From positions 1-63,558 of IMG/VR virus record IMGVR_UViG_3300047550_001947: a DNA stretch of 63,558 nucleotides. One strand, 5' to 3'. The stretch's first letter is position 1; every line of letters begins with the position of its first letter. Positions 26,801 through 38,100 of this stretch are shown here, piece by piece. The stretch is from a virus (lineage: Duplodnaviria; Caudoviricetes). The notes beneath the pieces are model-generated. The model saw only the letters and a program-made list of their open reading frames with translations. It had not been told where the DNA came from and did no database searches. A program made the translations under genes and the position numbers.

Positions 26801-29181
26801 AAACTAAGATTACGGATACCTCTATAGGTTTCCATAAACTTACTAAACATTAATACTCTAGAAATATAATCCGGACTATTTACATACTTAGGATTAGAAG
26901 CATATTTAATAAATGCTTCCAACTCTTCTTTAGAACTATTTAAGAATCTTCCTAAAGCTATATCTGCTTTACCGGAATTTATCTCTGTACTAAGTACAGC
27001 AATTAAACTATTAATCTTATCTATAGTTTCCTTTTTTGGTTTTACTTGTTTAGATGAATCAATAATACTTTGTAAAGCATCTGTACGTTTTACAAGTTGT
27101 GATACAACATCTTTCATAAACATAGAGATGTTTGTATATTGCTCATTAGTTAAACCTGGTTCCGGTTTTTCTTCTTCAGGAGGTAAGAAATTAGGATCAT
27201 TTGTTACATTAAAACCATTCTTTAACTTAAGATCATTAAGTGTATTTTTAAATGGTGCTGTTGGAATTATTCTATCAACATATAAAAGATTCTCAGTTTC
27301 ATTATGCTGTACCACTCCTTCTACTCTAAAACCTTTTACTTTTTGATCTTTACCCTCACCTTCTATGTCTAAGTTATAATGATAAGTAGATACACCGGAT
27401 ACAGGGAATCCATTTATATTAGCTAACTTAGCATAACCCATTACCTGGATACTTTGCTGTTGTTTAGTTGTTAATCTTTGACCTTGTAATAAAGAACCTT
27501 CATTTGTAGGATAGGTTCTTTCATAGTAGTTAGAATCCTTTATACTAGTTTTAGATACTTTTAAATCTACAATATATAGAGACCCATCTGGTTTAATAAT
27601 AAGGAGATCTAAAGAGCCGGCAATCTTAGACTGGTTATCAGCAAGTATTACTTGTGGTAATATTACAGAGCCATCTAATGTAAGAGTAGCTACATAAGCA
27701 CTAAGTGAATCATATGCATCCTCTGCTAAAGAAGGTTCTAATACAGTTACATTTTGTATAGCTTCATCAAATGTTTTACCATCTATAATATCTTGTAGAA
27801 TTCTATCAAAATCTTTACCAAATAATCTATTCAATTCATATAGATTATCTGGATCATTAAGACCACCTTTAATAGCGGAGGTCATAGATTTATATTCTTC
27901 TCCTGTATCTAGATTAACATATGTGTGAGTTGCATCATCCAAAAACATTGGTGTATCATAAAGAACATCAATGATATCTTTTTGCAAATTATTAACAGCT
28001 CTATCTTTAGCTGCTTTTTTACTATACTCTTTCTTTAAATATTCAGGATCTGTCTTACTAATACTGTATTTAGGTAATGATCTTACACTACCTGTAATAG
28101 CTCCTGTTGTAAATCTTAATTCTTCAGTATTTAAAAGCTTTGCTATGTCAGTTAAAGTAACATCGTCCTTTAAATTTTCAGTATTAATATTTAAACTATT
28201 ACCGGTAATTGCTCTGTAAATATCATTTATAAGTTCAGCAAACCACTCTATTAAATCTTTAATAGCACTATCAAAAGATTTACCTGGTTTGTTTTCATAC
28301 TCTTTTTTAAAGTGTCTAGTTAAAGCTTGTGTTACAAGTTCTATATTTCTATAACTTTCAAAAAAGCCTCTTTCATTATTGTAGCTATCTTTAATCTGTT
28401 GAGTTAAAACCGGGAATGTTTTTTGTGCTTCAAATAATAACTTACCAAATATATCAGGTCTGCTAACAAATAAAGCATCTACAACTGGGTGCAGCATTTC
28501 TTCAATTGCGGTCTCTGTTGTAACTCTATTTTTAATTATGTAAGCTGTGTTATTATAGTAAAAACTTTTAATAGCACTAAAGGTAACTTTTTCTTTACCT
28601 ATTTTTGGTAACTGATTATAGATTTTTTCAGCTTCTTCTACAGAAACTAATTTGTAACTAACATCTGGTAATACAGTACTTAAATAATCTAATACATCTA
28701 ATGCATTTGTTCTATTCTTTGACAGAGGAATAATGTCTTGAGGAGTAAACATATTCTCTTTAACAACAAACTCTATACTATTTGTAGTTGGTATAAAGGT
28801 ATATGTCTCTTGAGGTATGTTATTAAAAGTTAGATAGTTAATTATTTTTTGTCTATTACTTCTTAATATTCTTGGATCTGTTTCAGTCATTCCTTCTACA
28901 GTTCCAGTAACATAATATTTTAATTCACCATCTACCCTTGATCCGGATATTAATTTCTCTCTTCTTAAATTTTGCAAAACTGATTCTGCAAATTCCCTCT
29001 TCTTAAGATTAAAGCTTGCTTTTTTAGACTTTACAATTTCTTCAGCTTCTGCAATACTTGGAAATGCTTCTGTATCTTCATTAGATTGGTATTGATCAAT
29101 AATGCTGTCTACAACAATATTATTGTTATAGACATTCATTAAAGCTTTATATTCGGGTAGGTTTCTATTATAACAAGCCAT
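23884..29181 (-). CDS. Large virion/ejection protein with degenerate zincin motif and PD-(D/E)xK nuclease domain
   Basis: 1765 aa next to the RNAP gene; EEMLHP...IELVTQA; IAGSLDLLIIKPDGSLYIVDLK...QQQSIQVMGY. Confidence 0.75.
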   Translation of the reverse strand: MACYNRNLPEYKALMNVYNNNIVVDSIIDQYQSNEDTEAFPSIAEAEEIVKSKKASFNLKKREFAESVLQNLRREKLISGSRVDGELKYYVTGTVEGMTETDPRILRSNRQKIINYLTFNNIPQETYTFIPTTNSIEFVVKENMFTPQDIIPLSKNRTNALDVLDYLSTVLPDVSYKLVSVEEAEKIYNQLPKIGKEKVTFSAIKSFYYNNTAYIIKNRVTTETAIEEMLHPVVDALFVSRPDIFGKLLFEAQKTFPVLTQQIKDSYNNERGFFESYRNIELVTQALTRHFKKEYENKPGKSFDSAIKDLIEWFAELINDIYRAITGNSLNINTENLKDDVTLTDIAKLLNTEELRFTTGAITGSVRSLPKYSISKTDPEYLKKEYSKKAAKDRAVNNLQKDIIDVLYDTPMFLDDATHTYVNLDTGEEYKSMTSAIKGGLNDPDNLYELNRLFGKDFDRILQDIIDGKTFDEAIQNVTVLEPSLAEDAYDSLSAYVATLTLDGSVILPQVILADNQSKIAGSLDLLIIKPDGSLYIVDLKVSKTSIKDSNYYERTYPTNEGSLLQGQRLTTKQQQSIQVMGYAKLANINGFPVSGVSTYHYNLDIEGEGKDQKVKGFRVEGVVQHNETENLLYVDRIIPTAPFKNTLNDLKLKNGFNVTNDPNFLPPEEEKPEPGLTNEQYTNISMFMKDVVSQLVKRTDALQSIIDSSKQVKPKKETIDKINSLIAVLSTEINSGKADIALGRFLNSSKEELEAFIKYASNPKYVNSPDYISRVLMFSKFMETYRGIRNLSLSNVINPGQRDIAIAVTDLLNIADETIDQAIENFTINFIKTNSTRNFTEEDIKAIITETNDISIADAQLGDLATSTDTILALIDKVYKREKQKIEDDVQQFSERAIAIGNRLASLSNGKPNYDFMLVYDKDNKFTGRYVQKIGYQYYKMFYDLRNNLVDNNGNWLEYINIPNLDDAKVEDIRFNQELYKNRKAYSDFTAAEKVVNGKILDGEFHKYTDEFKKQREKYEEYKNYGWRKKRGVSDAEYAVYRNKYYNYSEYVTAQKEKDGSYLGATTVRKSWFVKPEFKEVREVSENGMSMLDEKYVKIMNPTTELGRAQKEFYEFWLQEFENGALKMLPPSVKKEMTGKLPRQKQNFLNKLKENPASATSLLTKSVSTWFKSFTDAGYQKVVLTDEEGNVIETPPIFFTGKIKSQYVIDKIKTDIQSLQDQFKDGKISTTKYRQQMKELNNQLKRNEALLSKDELNTDLVDSLIKFRAMASNYQHLTSVEDTIFTLKRVVENREYIQSQNVLVRTATGTKAKTIPGAESRTAIRLKKWLKMVYYQEPEFDKTTADNVINKILNATSLSYVGFNIFGNINNYLMGRINNGIETGGGLFYDKKAMLRATNVYNTEYLPGVFKGLASSKGYYGEKDPKSKYEALLYYYRMVDSVAQREVQDKGGLLEWGYVLQDAAETNVQSKVGIAVLMSKQIVNDKGESLSVYDAYDFDPNTGKLTLKPGFEITDNDRYDLRNTIREVNKQIHGNYSAEDRAALQDYSIGKLVFQFHKWVYPAYKARFKREYYDENLGWIEGRYRTFASFMSHIYTARGDIFTKIRDAKQSLREDQLKNLNRVYTELTLILSSFALAQIIASLVAGMDLDDEEDKQLKRLMNALAYQADRQTSELTTFISPANAYMLMKSPIASSKLLGELGEAVSDTFAFPYNYVFDEESLYYKRGSRKGELKLNKQWSDAVPVLYTINRWRSYDNVTDFYVK

Positions 29182-29184
29182 CTC

Positions 29185-32100
29185 TTATAAGTAACATTTT
29201 TTTATTTGTTCTACAAAACTATTTTGATCACCACCAATGGTATTTACAAATTCTTTGTACTGTTGTACAAAATTAACAAATGTTTTAATACCCATTCCCT
29301 CTCTTATTTTATTTCTTTCCTCATCACTAAGCTGTTCGGTATAGAAATTATTAAGAACAGGATACTCTGCCTGAGCTTTAATATTTGCTCCTATACTAGG
29401 ATCAAAAGCCATAGGAGGAGCTGCTGTTACTAATTGATCAATATTATCAAGAGTTTCTTCTGTAGTTTTAGGTGTTAAACTTTTAGCTAATTCTTCAGGT
29501 GATTTTGCAGTAGTTTCAAATGGTTTACCATCTTTCTCATATACAATTTTCTTACCTTCTGTTTTAAAACTAATATTATTAGAAGCTAAAGTATTTGATA
29601 TATTAGCTGGAGCACTACTAAAATCTACATTAGATAATTGTTTTTCTATACCCTGATCAAAATCTATGTTGTTAAGATCAGGTATACCGTTAGGATTACT
29701 TGTAACATCCTTATTTTTTCTGTCTTTAAAAATATCTGTACGACTAGGTACATTTCCAGGTATTACAAAGCCTGCAGCAAATTGTTTTTTAGAACCAATA
29801 GGTGTAAACTTTTCATACTCTGCAGATACACCAAATGCATACATATCACCCGGTTGAATAAGATCAGCTAAGTTTTCTTTTTCTTCTGTTCTATCTCTTT
29901 TTATAGATGTAAGTTTATAATAAACTGTATTTCTATTACCCATTACATACTGCACTGATTTAATCACTAAAGGAAAACCTATTTGAGTTTTATCATTTTT
30001 AGTTTGTAATACAAAACCAGAAGCTCTTAGATATTTTAAATTATATCTATACATTTTTTTACCTTCCTCTGTTAATTTAGAAGGCCCTGGTAAAGAAAGC
30101 ATAGGTTGAACTACTTGGTATTGTCCATTTTCATCAACAATAAACTCATCACCTTTATAGTTAGATACATCTCCAAGAGGTATCATCTCTCTTTCAAAGC
30201 TTGTATTTTTAAATACATTAATTAAAATTTTATCATCAGATTTTACTATAGGAGATGAAACATTTCCCTTTATACCTAGTTCTTGTTTAAACTCTTTTAT
30301 CTCATTATTTTTAGAAATATCTTTTACAGTTTTTGTAAAGAAAGTTGTATTAGTGTTTTGTAAGTAACCTCTAACAAACTCATTATAAAGCTGATTAAGA
30401 TTAGCTCCAAAAGTTTTCTTTACAATAGTATCATTAGCTTTTCCTTTTAAAGCCATTACAGCAGAACTAGATGATTTAAGAATAAGATCAAACATAAAGT
30501 TTGGCATTATTCTAATAAAAGAACCAGATTTAAACTGACCACCATCTTTAACAAGAAGGTAATGAAATAAATCAATAGCATATGGTCTGGTTATTTCATT
30601 ATTGTATAGTTCCATAAAGCTGTACTGAATCTTATTAAGTTGTAACCTACTTAATTTAGTCCAGTTATTAAACTCTACTTTGTTTATACCATCTTTATTA
30701 GATCTATTGGCAGCTGTAATAGCAAATAAGAATTTATTTACAAAGTAATTCTTAGGCGCTAGCTTTCTTAAGTTAAGAACTACATCTGTTACATTCTCCA
30801 TATTATCTGGTAATGTACTTGCAGTTTGATCATAAACCATCCCGTTATTTAAAGATGCCAAAGCTCTTTTGTAACCACCGGTTTTTAATAAATTAACATA
30901 AGCTTTGATAGCAAAGAATGATAACAAGTTCTGATCTAAACTCTTATTAAAGTTTTTACGGTCTTTAGAATTAACTTCTGTATTGGCAATAATAATTTCT
31001 CGCATTCTGTTAACTACAGGTGTACGATTAAGCATTACAGAACCTATTAGAGATTTAATTTCTCTATAAACTGTGAAGTTAAATCCAAAAGTGTTGTTAG
31101 AAGAATTTAAAAGTCTGCGAATATCAAAAGGTATATTACTATTTTCAAATTCTTTATCATTCATTTCTATACCTAGATCTACAGCTTTGTTATAAATTTC
31201 ATCAAATTCTGTAAGATCTTTAGGTAAACCTTTATTTACTTTTAATATAGTTGAAACATTCATAAATGCTTCAGATTGTGCTATTAAAGTTTTGAAATTA
31301 TTTAAAACAGCAGCTTGTATATTAGCATTATTAGTTCTAATACCTTGTTCAAGATCTTCAGTTGAAATGTCAGAAGGTACATCTTCTATAGAATATTCTT
31401 CTAATAACTCTCCAATAATTTTAGCTTGCCCCTTCATTCTATCTTTTTCTTCTGCATAAGAAGATTTATTCTTCTGTAAACGCTTATAGAATTCACGGAT
31501 AGCCGGTTGATTTATAAATAATAAACTATCTTCTAATGATACACCTTGAGCTATCATATTAGCTACAATACCTAGTGAGTTTATATTTAAGTTTAACTTA
31601 GCAGCAAGACGCTCTTTAGCGTTATCTGTCATTGCAGATGTTAAAGCAGATAGTATATAAAATATTCTTTCCCCATCATACTTTCCAGTTTCTGGATTAT
31701 AAGCTTTAGTTTCAGCATAGCTATCAAACTCTTTACCATTAAGTTTAAATCTTAAATTACCTAATTCTATTTCATCACCATTTTCATCAATAAAGAATCT
31801 TGCTTTTCTTATAGTTATATTATTAGTATTTAATAAACTATAAACTAGTAACGCATTTACAGCGGGACCAATGTTTCTAGCACCTTCTTTATTATTTCTA
31901 AAAGCATAGTACTTACCAAGTAGAGTATCTACATTATACTTACCTTCTTCTAACTGATCTTTAAGTTCAGGAAATCTTTCAGTAAAGCTTTTAACAATAT
32001 TAATAAGAGGTTGTACAGTAGCTACCTGGAATGCTTTTGGAATCTCTCCTTCTTTAGCAGTTACCATAGCTGAATTGTTTAATAAAGCAATACGATCATT

Positions 32101-35100
32101 TACAATAATATTATTAAGAGCTCCTTGATAAGGCTCATAACCTAATTTTTGAACTTTATTATTATATTCATCTGCAGTAGATGGTAATCCAAGAGACTGC
32201 AATGCAGCTTTAACAACCTCTTTTTTATCTATATAAGTATCAAATAAATCAGAATCAGATACATCTATATCAAGATCTTGTAAAGCTTCTATTTCATCAG
32301 CTCTCTCTTTTTTAAGAGCATTGTAAAACTCAGAATAAGATTTTCTAAATTCTTTATTTTTACTAAACTGGTACTTTACAAACTGATTAAATCTTTCTGT
32401 CTTACTAGTTCCTGTACCATAAGCTTTAAATTTACCATTCTCTACTAACCATTCTTGAATGACTATGTAAAGTTTATCAATATCAAAGTCAGCTCCAGAT
32501 ATCTCAATAAGTTCTTGTGGGAATATTGCGGATGATCCATAGTACACTGGCATAAAATCTACAAGTTTAAGAGCTACTGCAGAGTGTTTATCCTGTGAAG
32601 GAATACGTGCACCAAACATTTTAGCTACTACATCTGGTATTTTATCACCGGGTTTAATAAAGCTTAATAACTCTTTAAAGTGAGCAGGCATAATAAACTC
32701 AGTAAAGTATCCGGTAATATTACCATCTTTATCATACTCAGGTACATTATGTCTTAAATCATCTATATAATAATCATCTACTTTTAATCCAGTAAAGGTT
32801 CTATTTTCAGGGTCAGAGTATTCTTTAGGAGTACCATACTTAGAAGGATTAAGTTTAAACTCTTCAACTCTTACAATCTCCCATCTCTTTGGTTGACCAT
32901 TCTCATCTAACTCTAGTACTTTTTTAAGTTGCTTTACACCATAGTCAGATACCAATGCTACAGCATGTCCTGGAACTTTTTCAGATAAGACACCTTTAGA
33001 GAAATATGATAAGAACAACTCAACAAACTTATCTATAGTAATAGGTGAGTTAAGATCATACTTAGGTTCTCCTTGCTCATCTAATTCAAAGAACTCAATC
33101 ATTTGAGCATCACCAGCTGAAGATCTTAAAGTTTCAATAGCATATTTCTGGAATGCTGCAAGCTTAGGAGTAACAGATCCAGCAGCTATAGATCTTTTAA
33201 CTTCTTCTAATCCTGAATCTAATGTAAAGATTGCATTTCTCTTTCCAAGATAATTAACTTTAACTCTATTGATAGATGCATCTTGATAAATCTTTTTAAG
33301 ATCACCAACAGTAATATCTTTACCCATAAAGTTTACTATTGTTTCATCATCTTGCTCTGCTGTAAGAATCTGTTTAGGCTGCGTTGGATCAGTAATTACA
33401 ACTTTGTTAGAGGGATTCTCTAATTGTAATCTCCAGTACTTAGTCTTAGTTTCAATAAAATTACTATCAGTGATACTATTTATATCACTAGCTACATTTA
33501 TTTTTTTACCTTTAGATGCAGATGCAGGAACTGCTAAACTTACAGTTTCTTTATCTGCTTCATAAACTTCAAGAGTCTGACGTAGTTTATGCAACTCTTC
33601 TTTACCCGGTAGAGCTTTATCAAAGTTTTTACCATAAGAAGTAAATTCTTTAGTTAATACAAAACCTGAAGTCTTAACATAAGTTTGACCATCAAAGTAA
33701 ACTAACTTAATTGAATTAGTGGCTGCATTAAAAGATACAGCACCTTTAGTTTTCTTATCACCAAAGAAGAAATCACCTGTTACCTCTTCACCATTTTCAA
33801 TTTTATTTAATAACTCAGCTTGTATAGGAGATAACTTACCTAGACCAAATAGTGTATAACGTAAAGCTTTTACAGTCATCCACATTTGAGCATCAGCTTT
33901 ATCTTTCTTACCACCGGCAAACTTAGCTGTAAATTTAGGATCAGAAATAGTAACTATATGAGCAGTTTTAAACTCATGTTTAATACCTAATCTTTCATCA
34001 GTAATAACAGATTCAATATTAGCACCAGTAGCATTTGATCCTTTTGCACGTTTAATTTCATCTACAGGATCTTTGAAAGATATAGCATGGTCACCATGCA
34101 TTAACTGGTTAATAGCAGTGGTATTAATAAAATCATTTACATATATCTGTAAAAGATTATATGCATAATCATTCTTTTTTAAATTATAAACACTATTCTT
34201 AAGAGTATCTTCTACTTTAATTAACTTATTAGATTTTTTAGTAGTTTCTTCTTTATCATCTTTTTTAGAAGGTTTATTAATTTCAAAACCTTTAGTTACA
34301 AAAGCTGCTAAAGCAGATTCCTTTACTTTACCATCTTTTACTTTTAGAATATTATCTTGATCTAATAACTCTAGTAAAAAATTTACATCATCCAACATAG
34401 ATTTAGTAACTTCGTTCTTAATCTGTGTTTTTTGATTTTCTGTTAAAGGTAAGTTTTCTTGAGCTTGTGCTTCTAATTCATTTTTAAAATCTTCACTTAA
34501 TAATTTACCGGTCTTAAATAAAGTAAGACCACGCATCTTACCAGTGTTAAAATCATAAATTTCATCTGTAAATTCACCATTAGCTACTCTTTGAATACGA
34601 TTATACTCTTGTTCTACAAAACCTAATATGGCATTCTTTGCTTCATCAGATAATGTATTTTTACCAGATACTTTAGCAGCAGCTTTGATAACAGGTAGAT
34701 TAACTACATTACCTGTACTTGATGCTTCTAGTACACGGATAAGATGAGTGGATGTACCAAATTCTAAACCGCCTCTTTTTTGTACACCACCTTCAGAATA
34801 TAAATCAATTAAACTAGTGATAAATTCTTCTGGAGAAAAACTACCATAAGTAGTTCCTTCACGTCTGTTAACTTCAAGTTCTTTATTTTCAATTGCCTCT
34901 CCTTCTCCAGTTTCTGTAAGACTACTTACTTTTTGACCATCAATTCTTTTAACTGTAATTAAATCAAGAGATGCTAAGAATTTTGGATTTTTTAATAAGT
35001 AGTTATTTTCCAGGAAAGGATCTTTTAATAACTCTTCAATACCACCAGTTTTCTTAATTTCATTTATTTTAACTAAGTGATAAGATGGTAATTGATGTAC

Positions 35101-38100
35101 ATATACTAACTGACCTTCTGCATTTTTCCAGCTAGTAGCATACACAGACTCATCAAATATAGCATTAACTTTTGCAATATTATATAAACGAGTTGTTGCT
35201 CCACCTTCTAGTATTTCTGTTTCTTCAACAACTTCACCAGTTTCAGGATTTATAGTTGTTTCATATTGCAAATTAATAAATGGATTTTCTCCACTATCAA
35301 TAAGGCCTGATAATATATCTATATCCTCTATTGTTATTGGAGATGCTCCTGAATATAAAGTTATCAGTTTTAACTGATGAGGTGTAAGATTACTTGTATT
35401 TAAATTATTTGATATAGAATAAGCTAAATACATTGGGCTAAGTGAAATACCAAGATTCTCCATTAAAGCTGTAGAAAGCTTATTTGTCTGTACAATAAGC
35501 TCATCATCTGTATATTTCTTAGTAGGAGACATGGCACTTTTAATACCTGTCAATACTAACTTGGCTTTACCTTTTAATTCAGGAGTAACTTTACTTTCAT
35601 AAACACTTGCATATGCCTGTGACCACTGATCAAACTGTACCTTACCTGCATCTTTTCTATTAGCAGAAATAATTAATGCAATTTGTTTCTTAAGGTCTTT
35701 GTTAATAAATAGATAATCAACTGCGTACTGACCAAAACCTTTTATAAAGCTTTGGAATAAATAACTATTTTTAACATTAGATAGATCAGCATTACCTTCA
35801 TCATCAAAAGTTATTCCTGTTTCATTAAAGAACTCTTGAATAACTTTACCAGATTCAAAGTTCTTTTCTTTAAATAAGTTAAGCTTTTCTATAATTTCAT
35901 AAATATCTTCTGACCCGGCAATTGCTTTAAGAATACCATTATAAACTGTAGATCCATCTACTGATTGAATGTAAGGAGTACCATCTAAAAACTGAGTATT
36001 ACCAAAATCATCAGTGGCTTGATATGTAACTGTAGATATAAAAGATCTTAAGAACTTAGATAAACTACCAAAACCACCTACACTGGCAGCACCCTCTGTA
36101 TAGTTTTGCTTACCTCTTTCTCCTAATTCATCTGTAGCATCATCTGAAACATCTTGCTCATTATTTTCTTTAATACTTAGAATAGCTAAATGCTCACGTA
36201 CAGCTTCTTTAAGAATTTCTCTATTCTCAGTTTTGCTAAATATGGCTTTATATTCTTTTAATTTGTTAAGAACTGGAGTATCTAAATCAGCATACTGTTC
36301 TAGATCTGGATCATAAAGTTCTTCATAACTATCCAATACAGAATCTAATAACTCATCAGTATTAGTTTGTTTATCTGCATCTTTAAGTTTGTTATTATAG
36401 ATAGCAGCTACACTTGCAGCTAATCTAGTACCCTCTTGTTCAGGTAAATACTTATCTACTTTAATAAGATTAGATTCACCTTCAGCAGCAAACGTAGAAT
36501 CTTCAATAACTTCTGTACCAATCTTAATAGCTTTAAGTACTGGCTCACTTATATCAAAAGGAGAGTCTGTAAATCTATTTGTAACTACTTTGCTGTTTCT
36601 ATATTTACCAGCATCAATACTTTCAAATAATGATTGTAACTCATTCTTAGTAAATCTGCTAAATAGTTTCTTAATTAACTCAACAATCTTAGCAAATAAA
36701 CTTTTGTTTACATGACTAGTTTCTGTCTTGTTATTCTTTTTCCAGGCTTCAAACTTGTCAGCAAGATATTCTTCATACATTCTCTCCTCTAATTGAGATT
36801 CACTCATACCTGCATAGAGAGGATGTAATAAGCGCATCTCTTCTTTAGCTAAAGAAAATGATTTACCTTCTTTACGCAACTGATCCCTTAACTCTTTTTT
36901 AGCAATTGCTAAGTATCTAGATATTTGTTTATCATTTAATAATAAACGGAATACTGCGTGAAAAGCTTCATGGTATTTAAATGGAGAGCTAGCTGATGTA
37001 TAGATAATACCATTAACTTCTACATTACCAGCAACATTAGATAATGAAGATATAAATGCACCTACAGTTTTACCTTCTTTATATAAGTTATTTTTAAAAG
37101 TTTTTAAATCTTCTACACTTATAAAGTCTGGAAGATTATTTTCTACCCAATTTAAGAACTCTGTAAGATTGGTGATGTCAGATTCTGTATAACCGGCATC
37201 CACCACTTTTAATCCTATAGATTTTTCTAAAACTTCTATCTGACCTTTAATTGCTAATACCTCTGGCGAATTTTCAGCTTGTGTTCTAATTTCTCTTTTA
37301 TCAGCTACAGTTAATTCACCTTTCTCAGCAAGTCTTTGAGCTAACAATACTTTTCTTACTTCATCAGTTTTACTATCAGCTTGAGCTTGTAACTGTTTGA
37401 TTTGCTGAGGAATAGATTTTTGAGCATTAATTAATTTATTTAATGTCTCTGCAGAATTTACTTGAGTAGGTTCTTTAGTTTTTTCTAAAGGTGTTTCTAC
37501 AACAGGTTCAGTTACAGCAGGAGTAGCAGGATTAACCGGTGCAATACCTCTTAACAATTCTGGATTTGCATTTGCAGTAACAGGAGCAGAGCTAAAATCA
37601 ATATTAGAAATATCTACATCTAATACTGCATCTGGAATTTTTGGTAATAAGGGTTGTGCTTGAACATCAGAAGCTTGCTCAAGCATATCTACATATACAG
37701 ATATATCTTTAACTACATTAACTCCTACACTAGATTCCATTTCTAAAACCTGTGTAGTATCAATGCTCTTAGGTAAGGTTGCTTTAAAGGATTTACCAGT
37801 AAGTGCAATATCCATTTTGTTAATTGGATTTTTGGCCTGGTTATCATGTTCTTTAATAGCATTATTTATTAAACTTAATAATCCTGGAAAATCATTAAAG
37901 TCAGGATTATCAATTATTTTTTTACGTTGAATTGGTGAGGTTCTAGAATTTTTATTTACAAAGTCTAAAACTAAAGATCCATTGGGACTAACATAAATAT
38001 CTAAAAACTTACCACGGTCTTTTAAAGGTAAAGCAATAAATAACTTATCACCAATATTCTCTTCATTCCAAATATCATTGTATTCTTGAGCTTTTGGTGT

